Shown here piece by piece: positions 32,543-42,032 of a stretch of 64,000 bases of DNA; position 1 is the stretch's first letter; each line of letters starts with the position of its first letter. Under the pieces are notes generated by a model that was not told the DNA's origin, did not search any database, and saw only the letters and a program-made list of their open reading frames with translations. The translations under genes were made by a program, and so were the position numbers. The DNA comes from Eledone cirrhosa (lineage: Eukaryota): the NCBI GenBank assembly GCA_964016885.1, contig OZ024745.1:6696001-6760000 (forward strand), written 5' to 3'.

Positions 32543-35500
32543 ACAAAAGTCTTTGTCCGAAACGTCTGAATTGTTGGCTTTGTTTAATTTCGTTTAGTTT
32601 TCTTCTTACTTTTTTTCTTTTGTTGCTAAAAGAAATATCTTTATTGGTATCTCATTTCGTCATAAGTCCTACAGTTTGTGGAGAGGGGGAAAGTCAATTA
32701 AATCAACACCAGTATTTGCCTGGTACTTTATTTTATCAACCTCGAAAGAATAAAAGGCAAAGTTGACCTCGCTGGGGTTTGAACTCAGAATGTAAAAACC
32801 GTAAGTAAATGCAGGCAAGCATTTTGTCGGATGCTCCACCGACTTAACTGCCAATCTATCACTCTCTTATTCAACAGTGGTATTGGTTTCTAAGACACAA
32901 GGTCAGCAATTTTAGAAGGGCAAAGCTGAATAAATCCACCCCAATCAGCCTGTTACGATACAATCTACCCCCTAACAGTAATACTGCCAATCTACCCCCT
33001 AACAGTAATGTTTCTGGCACAAAGCCAGCAATCTGAGGGGTGGGGAATGTAGAAGAAATCGACTCCAGTACATTACCGGTGCATTATTTTATCGACTCCG
33101 TGAGGATAAAAGTCAAAGCTTACCTCGGCGGAATTTGAACTCAGAACGTAAAGGGATGTAACTAAATACCACAAACCATTTCATTCAACAGTAATATTTA
33201 CACGAGTATGGTATTATATTAATGTTCCGACACGACTCTAAAAAAAAAGCGAATTAATTAAAACGCAAAATTTTTATTTAGGCGTAGACACAAAAGTCAA
33301 CGAAGAAATTAGAATAAGTGAACCGTGGAAATACGTATGAGTAGAGGAAGCTGGTAAGATAGAAAACAGAGAAATAAAGAAGAAAAGTAGAATAGACTAA
33401 CATTAAAAACCCAAAAACTCTATGCTGATCATAAACTACATCTTTTCTGGATTAAACTGATCATAAATTAACGTGAAGGACTCGTATAAAATAGCCAGAG
33501 TATGTCTAAGTCAATTTACAGTAGATTAACATAATAAAGCAGCTTGAGTTAATTATTAAAACATGCGTGTGTCTATAAAGAATCAAGTATAACAGTGGTG
33601 TACTCTAACGTGGTATAACAGTGGTGTACTCTAACGTGGTATAACAGTGGTGTAGTCTAACGTGGTGTAACAGTGGCGTACTCTAACATGGTATAACAGT
33701 GGTGTACTCTAACATGGTATAACAGTGGTGTACTCTAACATGGTATAACAGTGGTGTACTCTAACGTGGTATAACACTCCAACGTGGTATAACAGTGGTG
33801 TACTCTAACGTGGTGTAACAGTGGTGCACTTTAACGTGTTGTAACAGTGGTGTACTCTAACGCGGTGTAACAGTGGTGTACTCTAACGTGCTGTAACAGT
33901 GGTGTACCCTAACGTGTTGTAACAGTGGTGTACTCTAACGTGGTATACTATTGTACTCTAACGTGGTATAACAGTGGTGTACTCTAACGTGTTGTAACAG
34001 TGGTGTACTCTAACGTGTTGTAACAGTGGTGTACTCTAACGTGGTATACTATTGTACTCTAACGTGGTATAACAGTGGTGTACTCTAACGTGCTGTAACA
34101 GTGGTGTACTCTAACGTGTTGTAACAGTGGTGTACTCTAACGTGGTATATTATTTACTCTAACGTGGTATAACAGTGGTGTACTCTAACGTGGTGTAACA
34201 GTGGTGTACCCTAACGTGTTGTAACAGTGGTGTACTCTAACGTGGTATACTATTGTACTCTAACGTGGTATAACAGTGGTGTACTCAAACGTGGTGTAAC
34301 AGTGGTGTACTCTAACGTGGTATACTATTGTACTCTAACGTGGTATAACAGTGGTGTGCTCTAACGTGCTGTAACAGTGGTGTACTCTAACGTGTTGTAA
34401 CAGTGGTGTACTCTAACGTGGTGTAACAGTGGTGTACTCTAACGTGGTATAACAGTGGTGTACTCTAACGTGTTGTAACAGTGGTGTACTCTAACGTGTT
34501 GTAACAGTGGTGTACCCTAACGTGTTGTAACAGTGGTGTACTCTAACGTGGTGTAACAGTGGTGTACTCTAACGTGTTGTAACAGTGGTGTACTCTAACG
34601 TGGTGTAACAGTGGTGTAACAGTGGTGTACTCTAACGTGGTATAACAGTGGTGTACTCTAACGTGGTGTAACAGTGGTGTACTCTAACGTGCTGTAACAG
34701 TGGTGTACTCTAACGTGTTGTAACAGTGGTGTACTCTAACGTGTTGTAACAGTGGTGTACTCTAACGTGGTGTAACAGTGGTGTACTCTAACGTGGTGTA
34801 ACAGTGGTGTACTCTAGCGTGGTGTACTCTAACGTGGTATAACAGTGGTGTACTCTAACGTGGTGTAACAGTGGTGTACTCTAACGTGTTGTAACAGTGG
34901 TGTACTCTAACGTGTTGTAACAGTGGTGTACTCTAACGTGTTGTAACAGTGGTGTACTCTAACGTGGTATACTATTGTACTCTAACGTGGTATAACAGTG
35001 GTGTACTCAAACGTGGTGTAACAATGGTGTACTCTAACGTGGTATACTATTGTACTCTAACGTGGTATAACAGTGGTGTGCTCTAACGTGCTGTAACAGT
35101 GGTGTACTCTAACGTGTTGTAACAGTGGTGTACTCTAACGTGGTGTAACAGTGGTGTACTCTAATGTGGTATAACAGTGGTGTACTCTAACGTGTTGTAA
35201 CAGTGGTGTACTCTAACGTGTTGTAACAGTGGTGTACTCTAACGTGTTGTAACAGTGGTGTACTCTAACGTGATGTAACAGTGGTGTACTCTAACGTGTT
35301 GTAACAGTGGTGTACTCTAACGTGGTGTAACAGTGGTGTAACAGTGGTGTACTCTAACGTGGTATAACAGTGGTGTACTCTAACGTGGTGTAACAGTGGT
35401 GTACTCTAACGTGCTGTAACAGTGGTGTACTCTAACGTGTTGTAACAGTGGTGTACTCTAACGTGTTGTAACAGTGGTGTACTCTAACGTGGTGTAACAG

Positions 35501-36006
35501 TGGTGTACTCTAACGTGGTGTAACAGTGGTGTACTCTAGCGTGGTGTACTCTAACGTGGTATAACAGTGGTGTACTCTAACGTGGTGTAACAGTGGTGTA
35601 CTCTAACGTGTTGTAACAGTGGTGTACTCTAACGTGGTGTAACAGTGGTGTACTCTAACGTGTAATCTAACATATCAGGTTTCTCGTAGCAGCCGATGGC
35701 AATTTCTTTATATTGACTTTATTCCCTCAGCGCTTCGCAAAATTCCGAGAAACAAGTTACGTATGTTTCTTTAGTAAAGTACAAATTACAAGTTAGTGGT
35801 GGTGGTAATGGTAGTAGTAGTGGTAGTAGTAGTGTTAGTGGTAGTGGTGGTGGTAGTAGTGGTAGTGGTGGTGGTAGTAGTAACGTTAGTGGTAGTGGCG
35901 GTGCTAGTGGTAGTAGTAGTGGTAGTAGTAGTGTTAGTGGTACTGGTGGTAGTGTTATATTTTCTCAGTCTTTAGTAATTGTGTCGTAAATATATACAAA
36001 GGGTAG
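32543..36006 (+). CDS. Possible 3' exons of an unidentified spliced gene (32543-32572, 33282-33334, 35679-35760, 35969-36006)
   Basis: AG/GT-bounded segments with compatible phases (1,0,1) join into (D)KSLCPKRLNCVDTKVNEEIRISEPWKYVSRSSRWQFLYIDFIPSALRKIPRNKLLFSNCVVNIYKG*. No homologue recognised. The first donor (GTTGGC) and the 35679 acceptor are weak. Confidence 0.25.
32669..32858 (-). mobile_element. tRNA-derived SINE (octopus-type), near full length, diverged
   Basis: The minus strand reads GATTGGCAGTTAAGTCGG (A-box-like), TTCTGAGTTCAAACCCC (B box), then GAGGTCAACTTTGCCTTT and GATAAAATAAAGTACCAG. It aligns by eye with the copy at 36198-36395. The family assignment is from recall. Confidence 0.85.
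32884..32950 (-). mobile_element. Probable 3' fragment of the same SINE
   Basis: GGTTTCTAAGACACAAGGTCAGCAATTT is similar to the reverse complement of the SINE tail AATTGCTGGCCTTGTGCCAAAAGGTAGAAAC at 36355-36385. Confidence 0.55.
32961..33009. repeat. Direct duplication of CAATCTACCCCCTAACAGTAAT (27-bp period)
   Basis: Identical 22-mers at 32961-32982 and 32988-33009. Confidence 0.9.
33012..33190 (-). mobile_element. tRNA-derived SINE copy, 5' end degraded
   Basis: The plus strand shows TGGCACAAAGCCAGCAAT, TTTTATCGAC and ACCTCGGCGGAATTTGAACTCAGAACGTA, the reverse complement of the B-box region and body of the family. Confidence 0.85.
33587..35662. repeat. Minisatellite, 26-bp monomer AACAGTGGTGTACTCTAACGTG(G/T)T(A/G)T, about 80 copies
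   Basis: Direct tandem periodicity of 26 bp, with recurring short variants (GGTATACTATTGTACTCT). Confidence 0.98.
35794..35956. repeat. Imperfect (GGT/AGT)n trinucleotide microsatellite
   Basis: TAGTGGTGGTGGTAATGGTAGTAGTAG... read directly. Confidence 0.95.
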
Positions 36007-36197
36007 AAGGGAAAAATGTCGACCACGTCGACCATACGTAAATGTGGTATGACACGCCATGTCAGTAGAATGAACCCTTCATTCTTGCTCTTGTGTTGGC
36101 ATGTAATGAAGGGTTCATTCTACTGACATGGCTATAAAAATAAGGCTTGTTTGTATAATTGCAAACGAATCGAATGTTATTATTAATATATATATAA

Positions 36198-36387
36198 TGG
36201 CGGTGGATTGGCAGTATCGGTAGAGGGTCGGACGCCATGCTTTGACGCATAGAGTTACGGCCCATTGCCATTCTGAGTTCAAATCCCGCCGAGGTTAACT
36301 TTGCCTTTCATTGTTACGGGGTCGATAAAATAAAGTACCAGTAATGCACTGGGTAATTGCTGGCCTTGTGCCAAAAGGTAGAAACAA

Positions 36388-36395
<8 letters not shown>
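36198..36395 (+). mobile_element. tRNA-derived SINE (octopus-type), with a short internal deletion, running into (TA)n
   Basis: TGGCGGTGGATTGGCAGTATCGGTAG (A box), TTCTGAGTTCAAATCCCGCCGAGG (B box), body GGGGTCGATAAAATAAAGTACCAG, tail TTGCTGGCCTTGTGCCAAAA...AATTATT. Confidence 0.88.

Positions 36396-36396
<1 letters not shown>

Positions 36397-36446
<50 letters not shown>
36397..36446. repeat. (TA)n microsatellite
   Basis: Pure TA run. Confidence 0.98.
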
Positions 36447-36448
<2 letters not shown>

Positions 36449-36500
36449 CTAGAAACTGGACCACGAGTTCGAGCGGTTTGTTACCTCATTAATATATCCA

Positions 36501-36552
36501 CTCTCTCCTTGTATCGAGTACTCTGCCTCTCTCCTTGTATCGAGTACTCTGC
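36501..36552. repeat. 26-bp tandem duplication CTCTCTCCTTGTATCGAGTACTCTGC x2
   Basis: Two adjacent identical copies. Confidence 0.9.
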
Positions 36553-36653
36553 AATGATTTATGCTCTTCTCCGTTTCTCCAATATATCAATTCTACTATT
36601 TTACCGAACATCTCCTTGAAGGGAAACTTCAATGTTTTCAACATGTTCAGTTC

Positions 36654-37082
36654 TGTACAGGAGAAGGTACAAGAGGTGGTACAAGAGGAGGTACAAGTAG
36701 AGGTACAGGAGGAAGAGGTACAGGAGGAGGTACGGGGGTAGGTACAAGAGGAGGTACAGGAGGAGATACAGAAGGAGGTACAAGAGGAAGAGGTACAGGA
36801 GGAGGTACAAGAGGTGGTACAGGAGGAGGTACAAGAGGTCGTACAAGAGGTGGTACAAGAGGAGGTACAAGAAGAGGAGGTACAAGAGGTGTTACAAGAG
36901 GAGGCACAGGAGGAGGTACAAGAGGTGGTACAAGAGGAGGAGGTACAGGAGGAGGTACAGTAGGAGGTACAAGAGGTGGTACAAGATGAGGTGCAAGAGG
37001 AGGTACAAGAGGTGTTACAAGAGGAGGTACAAGAGGTGTTACAAGAGGAGGTACAAGAGGTGTTACAAGAGGAGGTACAAGA
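36654..37082. repeat. Purine-rich minisatellite, ~12-bp unit GGAGGTACA(A/G)GA with variable GGA number
   Basis: GGTACAAGAGGA / GGTACAGGAGGA reiterated about 33 times. Confidence 0.95.
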
Positions 37083-37464
37083 GATAACGTAGTCACATGA
37101 CAACTAAACTCCTTTTACATGTGAAATAACCGATAGCAAGTTACACTTCCCACCAGTAAGAACAACAGTTGTTTCCCAATATCTGTTCCACCAGAACCTA
37201 ACAAACAATTCTCCAACTATCCTCGGATTACTTAGAAAATATCACAAAATACATTTATGATGAAAGTAAAAACACGTTTACAAACTCAAAAAGATATAAT
37301 GAAATGTTTTTGTATAGTATGGTCCCTTAACTCCGGGGTGGGGGGAGTTGTAAGGGAGCGCCATATTGACGGCGTTTTTCGGGTATTTTTTAAACCTGGC
37401 GGAACCTATCTCCTCTCCAGATCAAAATGCAACAGATTTCTTCCAGAGAAGGTTAGAGAGAGTG

Positions 37465-37553
37465 GGGGAAAGGGAGTGAGAAAGTGATATAGAGGAAGAA
37501 TCAACCCAGTACTAGACTGGTACTTTTTTATCGACCTCGAAAAGAAGAAAGGC
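37465..37553 (-). mobile_element. SINE fragment (3' half)
   Basis: AATCAACCCAGTACTAGACTGGTACTTTTTTATCGACCTCGAAAAGAAGAAAGGCA matches 32701-32759. Confidence 0.75.
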
Positions 37554-37916
37554 ATGATAAAGACAGGTAACTCATCCATTATGTGACCGCCGACATTTGT
37601 GCATTAAGGTAAAGTCAGGTAAATTATGTGACAATGACATGAGGACGGAACTTTAGAATATACTTGTCCAAACTAACAAGATCAAACTAAATCGACTCTG
37701 TACTCTCAGATACACGTGGATTTTCTCTGGCTAAAATATCGCCTAGCAGGAAATAGAAAACAAAACTTTGGAAGTACAGGAAGTTGAAAAGGGAAATAAT
37801 TGTGACGTGGATCGTAAAACTGGTCACCATAATAATTAGTGCAGCAAGAATATAGGAAGAGAAGCATAAACATCACAGGGTTCATAACTTTATAGACAAT
37901 CCCTAAATAGTCTAAC

Positions 37917-38043
<127 letters not shown>

Positions 38044-38134
38044 CGAAGGAAATGTGGTAAGGAACCAGGTGGACCATAACGCACCAAAGTACTCAATACT
38101 TGAGGTAGTAGAGTGGGTAATAGGAACCAGTAAG

Positions 38135-38228
38135 ACCCCGACAGCTGAGCTCAAGCCGTTTCGACGGCTAATTCTGGACTAAATGAACATTTATCCTGGT
38201 ATTTAAATAGCCGATCTTCTCAAGGGGT
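38135..38228 (-). ncRNA. Type I hammerhead ribozyme, U3:A8 core variant (copy 1)
   Basis: Exact reverse complement of 39476-39569. Confidence 0.8.
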
Positions 38229-39475
38229 AATTCCATATATGGTCAAAGTGATTGTCAAAAATCAGTAGTAATTCTGTGGTTGCAAATTAGTAGGGGAGAT
38301 GGTGGCTAAACCTGCCAGTAGGAGAAAGAGGGGAGGGGGTGGAGTAGACCCAATCAAGCGTTGGTAGTGCCAGCTACAGCTGGGCATGAGGTCAAAGAAG
38401 ATACATTTCGTACGAAATAAAGGTAGAATACGGAGAAATAAGTTCAGAATCCACCCCGCCCAGAAGAAAAGCGAAGCAAGAAATACTGAAACGAAAAAAT
38501 AAGGCATAAGTGCCACTAAGAAATATAGAGGGCACAGAGAATAGTGGGAGCGGTCGGAAAAGGGGGGCAAGTATCCGGGGTCTAAGCCAACTGCTATAAA
38601 GGGCGGAGTCCGCCAAATCTATCAAAGACTAGGGGAGGGGGGAGTGGGGGTACTAAGGCTACATGGGGCCAAAGGGCAGCCTCGGGTGGGCGAGAAAAGA
38701 CGCCGACAAAGGAGAAGAGCTGGGGTAGAAGGACAAAGGAGAGAGGGGGGAAGGAAATAAAGGATGCGATAAATGAATACAAAAGGATTCTGAACTTATT
38801 TCTCCGTATTCTACCTTTATTTCGTACGAACTTTCATGTAGCTTGTTTTAGATCTTTTAGAGTTAGCATTAGTATATATTTTTCTCGGGACTCAGAATTA
38901 TTATGTCGTACAAGTTCACTTTGCTGCACTGGGTCGTTGCTGGCCCGGGATGGAAACCTTTATTGTTTATTTCGTGGTAGTCTCTTTAGTATTTTGGCCC
39001 CTTTTGTTGACCAGTCACCGTATCATTTACGTACTTATACCTCTTAAAAGGGTCCTTGCCTAATTCGTCCCACCTAGTTCTATACTTATTTCCTTATTTA
39101 TTTATTTATTTATTTATTTACTTCTTTCTTTCTTTCTTTATTTTATTCTCGCCTAACAATAGCCTGACACCTAGGTCGTAGAATTTAATTTTTTCTTTAC
39201 ACTTATTTGCTTTTCTTCACTCTCAGTATTTTTTCTTTCCTATTTCTACCCCCCATTGTTCTACCTACCGTTCCGACTTCCTCCCCCTCCCCCTCCCCTG
39301 TATCTTCTTTGACCTCATGCCCAGCTGTAGCTGGCACTACCAACGCTTGATTGGGTCTACTCCACCCCCTCCCCTCTTTCTCCTACTGGCAGGTTTAGCC
39401 ACCATCTCCCCTACTAATTTGCAACCACAGAATTACTACTGATTTTTGACAATCACTTTGACCATATATGGAATT

Positions 39476-39569
39476 ACCCCTTGAGAAGATCGGCTATTTA
39501 AATACCAGGATAAATGTTCATTTAGTCCAGAATTAGCCGTCGAAACGGCTTGAGCTCAGCTGTCGGGGT
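39476..39569 (+). ncRNA. Type I hammerhead ribozyme, U3:A8 core variant (copy 2)
   Basis: Stem I ACCCC/GGGGU; core UUGAGAA (39481-39487); stem II GA(U)CGGCUA/UAGCCGUC; GAAA (39542-39545); stem III CGGCU-UGAGCUC-AGCUG; cleavage triplet GUC (39562-39564). Confidence 0.82.
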
Positions 39570-39579
39570 CTTACTGGTT

Positions 39580-39711
<132 letters not shown>

Positions 39712-39795
39712 CAAGGGAGTGTAAACACAGAAAATATCTTTAAAATAATAATAAATAATTAAATTCCAAAACAATTCACTGTACTTACAATATGT

Positions 39796-39876
39796 GCCTT
39801 TACCGCGGTTTTAGATCCCAAATAAATAGACAATCCAAGTGGATTTCCATTGAGAAAGAGATCATCGTCAGAAGGC
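39796..39876 (-). ncRNA. Type I minimal hammerhead motif, family 2, with GAAA mutated to AAAA
   Basis: Minus strand: GCCUU-CUGACGA-UGAUCUC...GGGAUCU-AAAA-CCGCGG-UA-AAGGC. Palindromic stem III and GUA site are intact, G12 is lost. Confidence 0.7.
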
Positions 39877-40290
39877 TTTTCTCTCTCGGAGAATATAGAA
39901 TTCCAGAGTTCAAATTACAAACTAGCGCCATACCAAAGTGCCTCAGAATGAATCAGTTATGGTTAGGAACGCGTGCAAAGGCGAAAGCACGTTGGACAGG
40001 TCAATCTAATGCTACTAAAAATAGAAGCTATACGAACGACCGAAGGTGTCTCTACCATTGGGGAGAATAATAATAAAAGTATGTGTCCTATATGTAATTA
40101 ATACATACAGGGATACAAGTATAGTCCGTATGCCAGTGTGGTTCAATAGCAAGTTAATAAATTAACAAGCCAGAACATATAAAATCAAGGGAGTGTAAAC
40201 ACAGAAAATATCTTAAAAAATAATAATAAATAATTAAATAATAAATAATTAATTTGAACTCGGGAATTTTATATTCTTCGAGAGAGAAAA

Positions 40291-40371
40291 GCCTTCTGAC
40301 GATGATCTCTTTCTCAATGGAAATCCACTTGGATTGTCTATTTATTTGGGATCTGAAACCGCGATAAAGGC
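40291..40371 (+). ncRNA. Type I minimal hammerhead motif, family 2, with a stem III mutation
   Basis: GCCUU-CUGACGA-UGAUCUC...GGGAUCU-GAAA-CCGCGA-UA-AAGGC. Core boxes are intact, but CCGCGG has become CCGCGA. Confidence 0.75.
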
Positions 40372-40568
40372 ACATATAGTAAGTAAAGGGAATTTTTTGG
40401 AATTTAATTATTTATTATTATTTTTTAAGATATTTTCTGTGTTTACACTCCCTTGATTTTATATGTTCTGGCTTGTTAATTTATTAACTTGCTATTGAAC
40501 GACACTGGCATACGGACTATACTTGTATCCCTGTATGTATTAATTACATATAGGACACATACTTTTAT

Positions 40569-40598
40569 TATATATATATATATATATATATATACTCC

Positions 40599-40662
<64 letters not shown>

Positions 40663-40692
40663 TCCAACTATATATATAGAGAGAGAGAGAGA
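40569..40692. repeat. Compound microsatellite (TA)n-CTCCAAC x2 followed by (GA)n
   Basis: CTCCAAC at about 40595 and 40662 within TA runs. Confidence 0.95.
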
Positions 40693-41374
40693 TTACAGTA
40701 ATCAAAGTTCAGTTTAAGTCATTTATTTGCTTACAATTGTTTCCTCCAGACCGAGGTTTGGATTCTTCGGAGCAACTATTTATAACATACTTGACCTCCT
40801 TTTCAACCCAAGAGACACATAAAACATATGCGCATATTGATCAACAGTGGGGTGACATTCATCAAATGATATAGCATGGCAATTTACATATAAAGGTTAC
40901 AGGATAAAAATAAAATAAAAACAAGAGTGAAAACAAGAGTGAAAATAAAGATAAACATGAAGCGTTGGCAGTCTATGAAGATAAAGCAAGAGGAAAGCTT
41001 AGAGTAGTCAGTGTATGAAACAATCTCCCGTGTAGCATGCATGCGTGTCTTATCTATAAATGATTAGAGTGCGTCAGAATGATATTTGCAGGGTCAGGCA
41101 GTTGAAGCAGGCAATCGATCTTATTATGTAGGCTGAATTATTAAGTCATTTATTCTCATACATCTGTATGATATACAGTCTCGGATGCGGGGAAACACCA
41201 AAATATCAAAAACCTTCAACATACTATAAATCTTATTGTATCGTAGGCAAGGCCGTACCACTGTCCCTGGTCACACCACCACTCCCATAAACCATGAGAC
41301 GCAATATATATATAGAGAACACGCGTCTATCGTATAATTCGCGGTGGTTCAGCATATAGTCAAGCTATAAACCG
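40693..41374 (-). mobile_element. Probable Penelope-like / retrozyme-like insertion 3 (single terminal segment with a hammerhead near its 3' end)
   Basis: Unique ~680-bp non-coding segment between two parts of the same (TA)n-CTCCAAC compound repeat. It carries a hammerhead motif about 35 bp from its left end. Confidence 0.5.
40727..40775 (-). ncRNA. Type I minimal hammerhead motif, family 3, U4C core variant
   Basis: Minus strand: UUGCU-CCGAAGA-AUCCAAACCUCGGUCUGGAG-GAAA-CAAUUG-UA-AGCAA. Stem I UUGCU/AGCAA, stem II UCCA.AC/GU.UGGA, palindromic ACAAUUGU stem III, GUA site. Confidence 0.72.
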
Positions 41375-41415
41375 TATATATATATATATATATATATATA
41401 CTCCAACTATAAACC

Positions 41416-41449
<34 letters not shown>

Positions 41450-41452
41450 TCC

Positions 41453-41483
<31 letters not shown>

Positions 41484-41520
41484 CTCCAACTATATATATA
41501 TATATATATATATATACTCC

Positions 41521-41554
<34 letters not shown>

Positions 41555-41586
41555 TCCAACTATATATATATATATATATATACTCC

Positions 41587-41622
<36 letters not shown>

Positions 41623-41625
41623 TCC

Positions 41626-41661
<36 letters not shown>

Positions 41662-41695
41662 TCCAACTATATTATATATATATATATATATATAA
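41375..41695. repeat. Compound repeat [(TA)n-CTCCAAC] x8
   Basis: CTCCAAC recurs between TA runs of variable length. Confidence 0.96.
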
Positions 41696-41796
41696 TACAT
41701 TCTATGCAAAATAGTCACGATTTCATAATATTATAATGTTCTGAATAGAGATCTTATATTTGATCCACCTGATAATAACACAACTCACATAACAGA

Positions 41797-41821
41797 TCTC
41801 CCTCTCTCTCTCCCCCTCTCT

Positions 41822-41859
<38 letters not shown>
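41797..41859. repeat. (CT)n / C-rich microsatellite
   Basis: Read directly. Confidence 0.9.
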
Positions 41860-41861
<2 letters not shown>

Positions 41862-42032
41862 CATTACTGCAAATGATTTCACAATAAACAAGATCAATAT
41901 GAAACAACAAAACAACCCCTACCCCCACTCCTCCTTATATCACATCAAATTAACTGTAACGAAAACACCTTCATACCCCTCCCCACCCACCACCCATCCC
42001 AATACTGTACAACATCTCATGAACACACAAGT

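Noticed and set aside
32407-32766. 119-aa hydrophobic ORF
   Set aside because: It starts in satellite A, crosses T-rich low-complexity sequence and ends in an antisense SINE.
36198-36290. tRNA gene
   Set aside because: A and B boxes are present, but there is no cloverleaf and the sequence continues into a SINE body found several times in the window.
36489-37103. Cys/Ser/Thr-rich, Gly/Thr/Arg-rich and Pro/Val-rich ORFs
   Set aside because: These are alternative readings of the 12-bp minisatellite, open in several frames on both strands.
37350-37450. Possible additional hammerhead (minus strand CGAAAAACGCCGUC)
   Set aside because: No CUGANGA-like core or matching stem I could be found upstream.
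39792-40375. Twin ORFs [17 protein letters not shown]... on opposite strands
   Set aside because: They arise from the inverted repeat and are the antisense reading of the hammerhead region. No recognisable domain.
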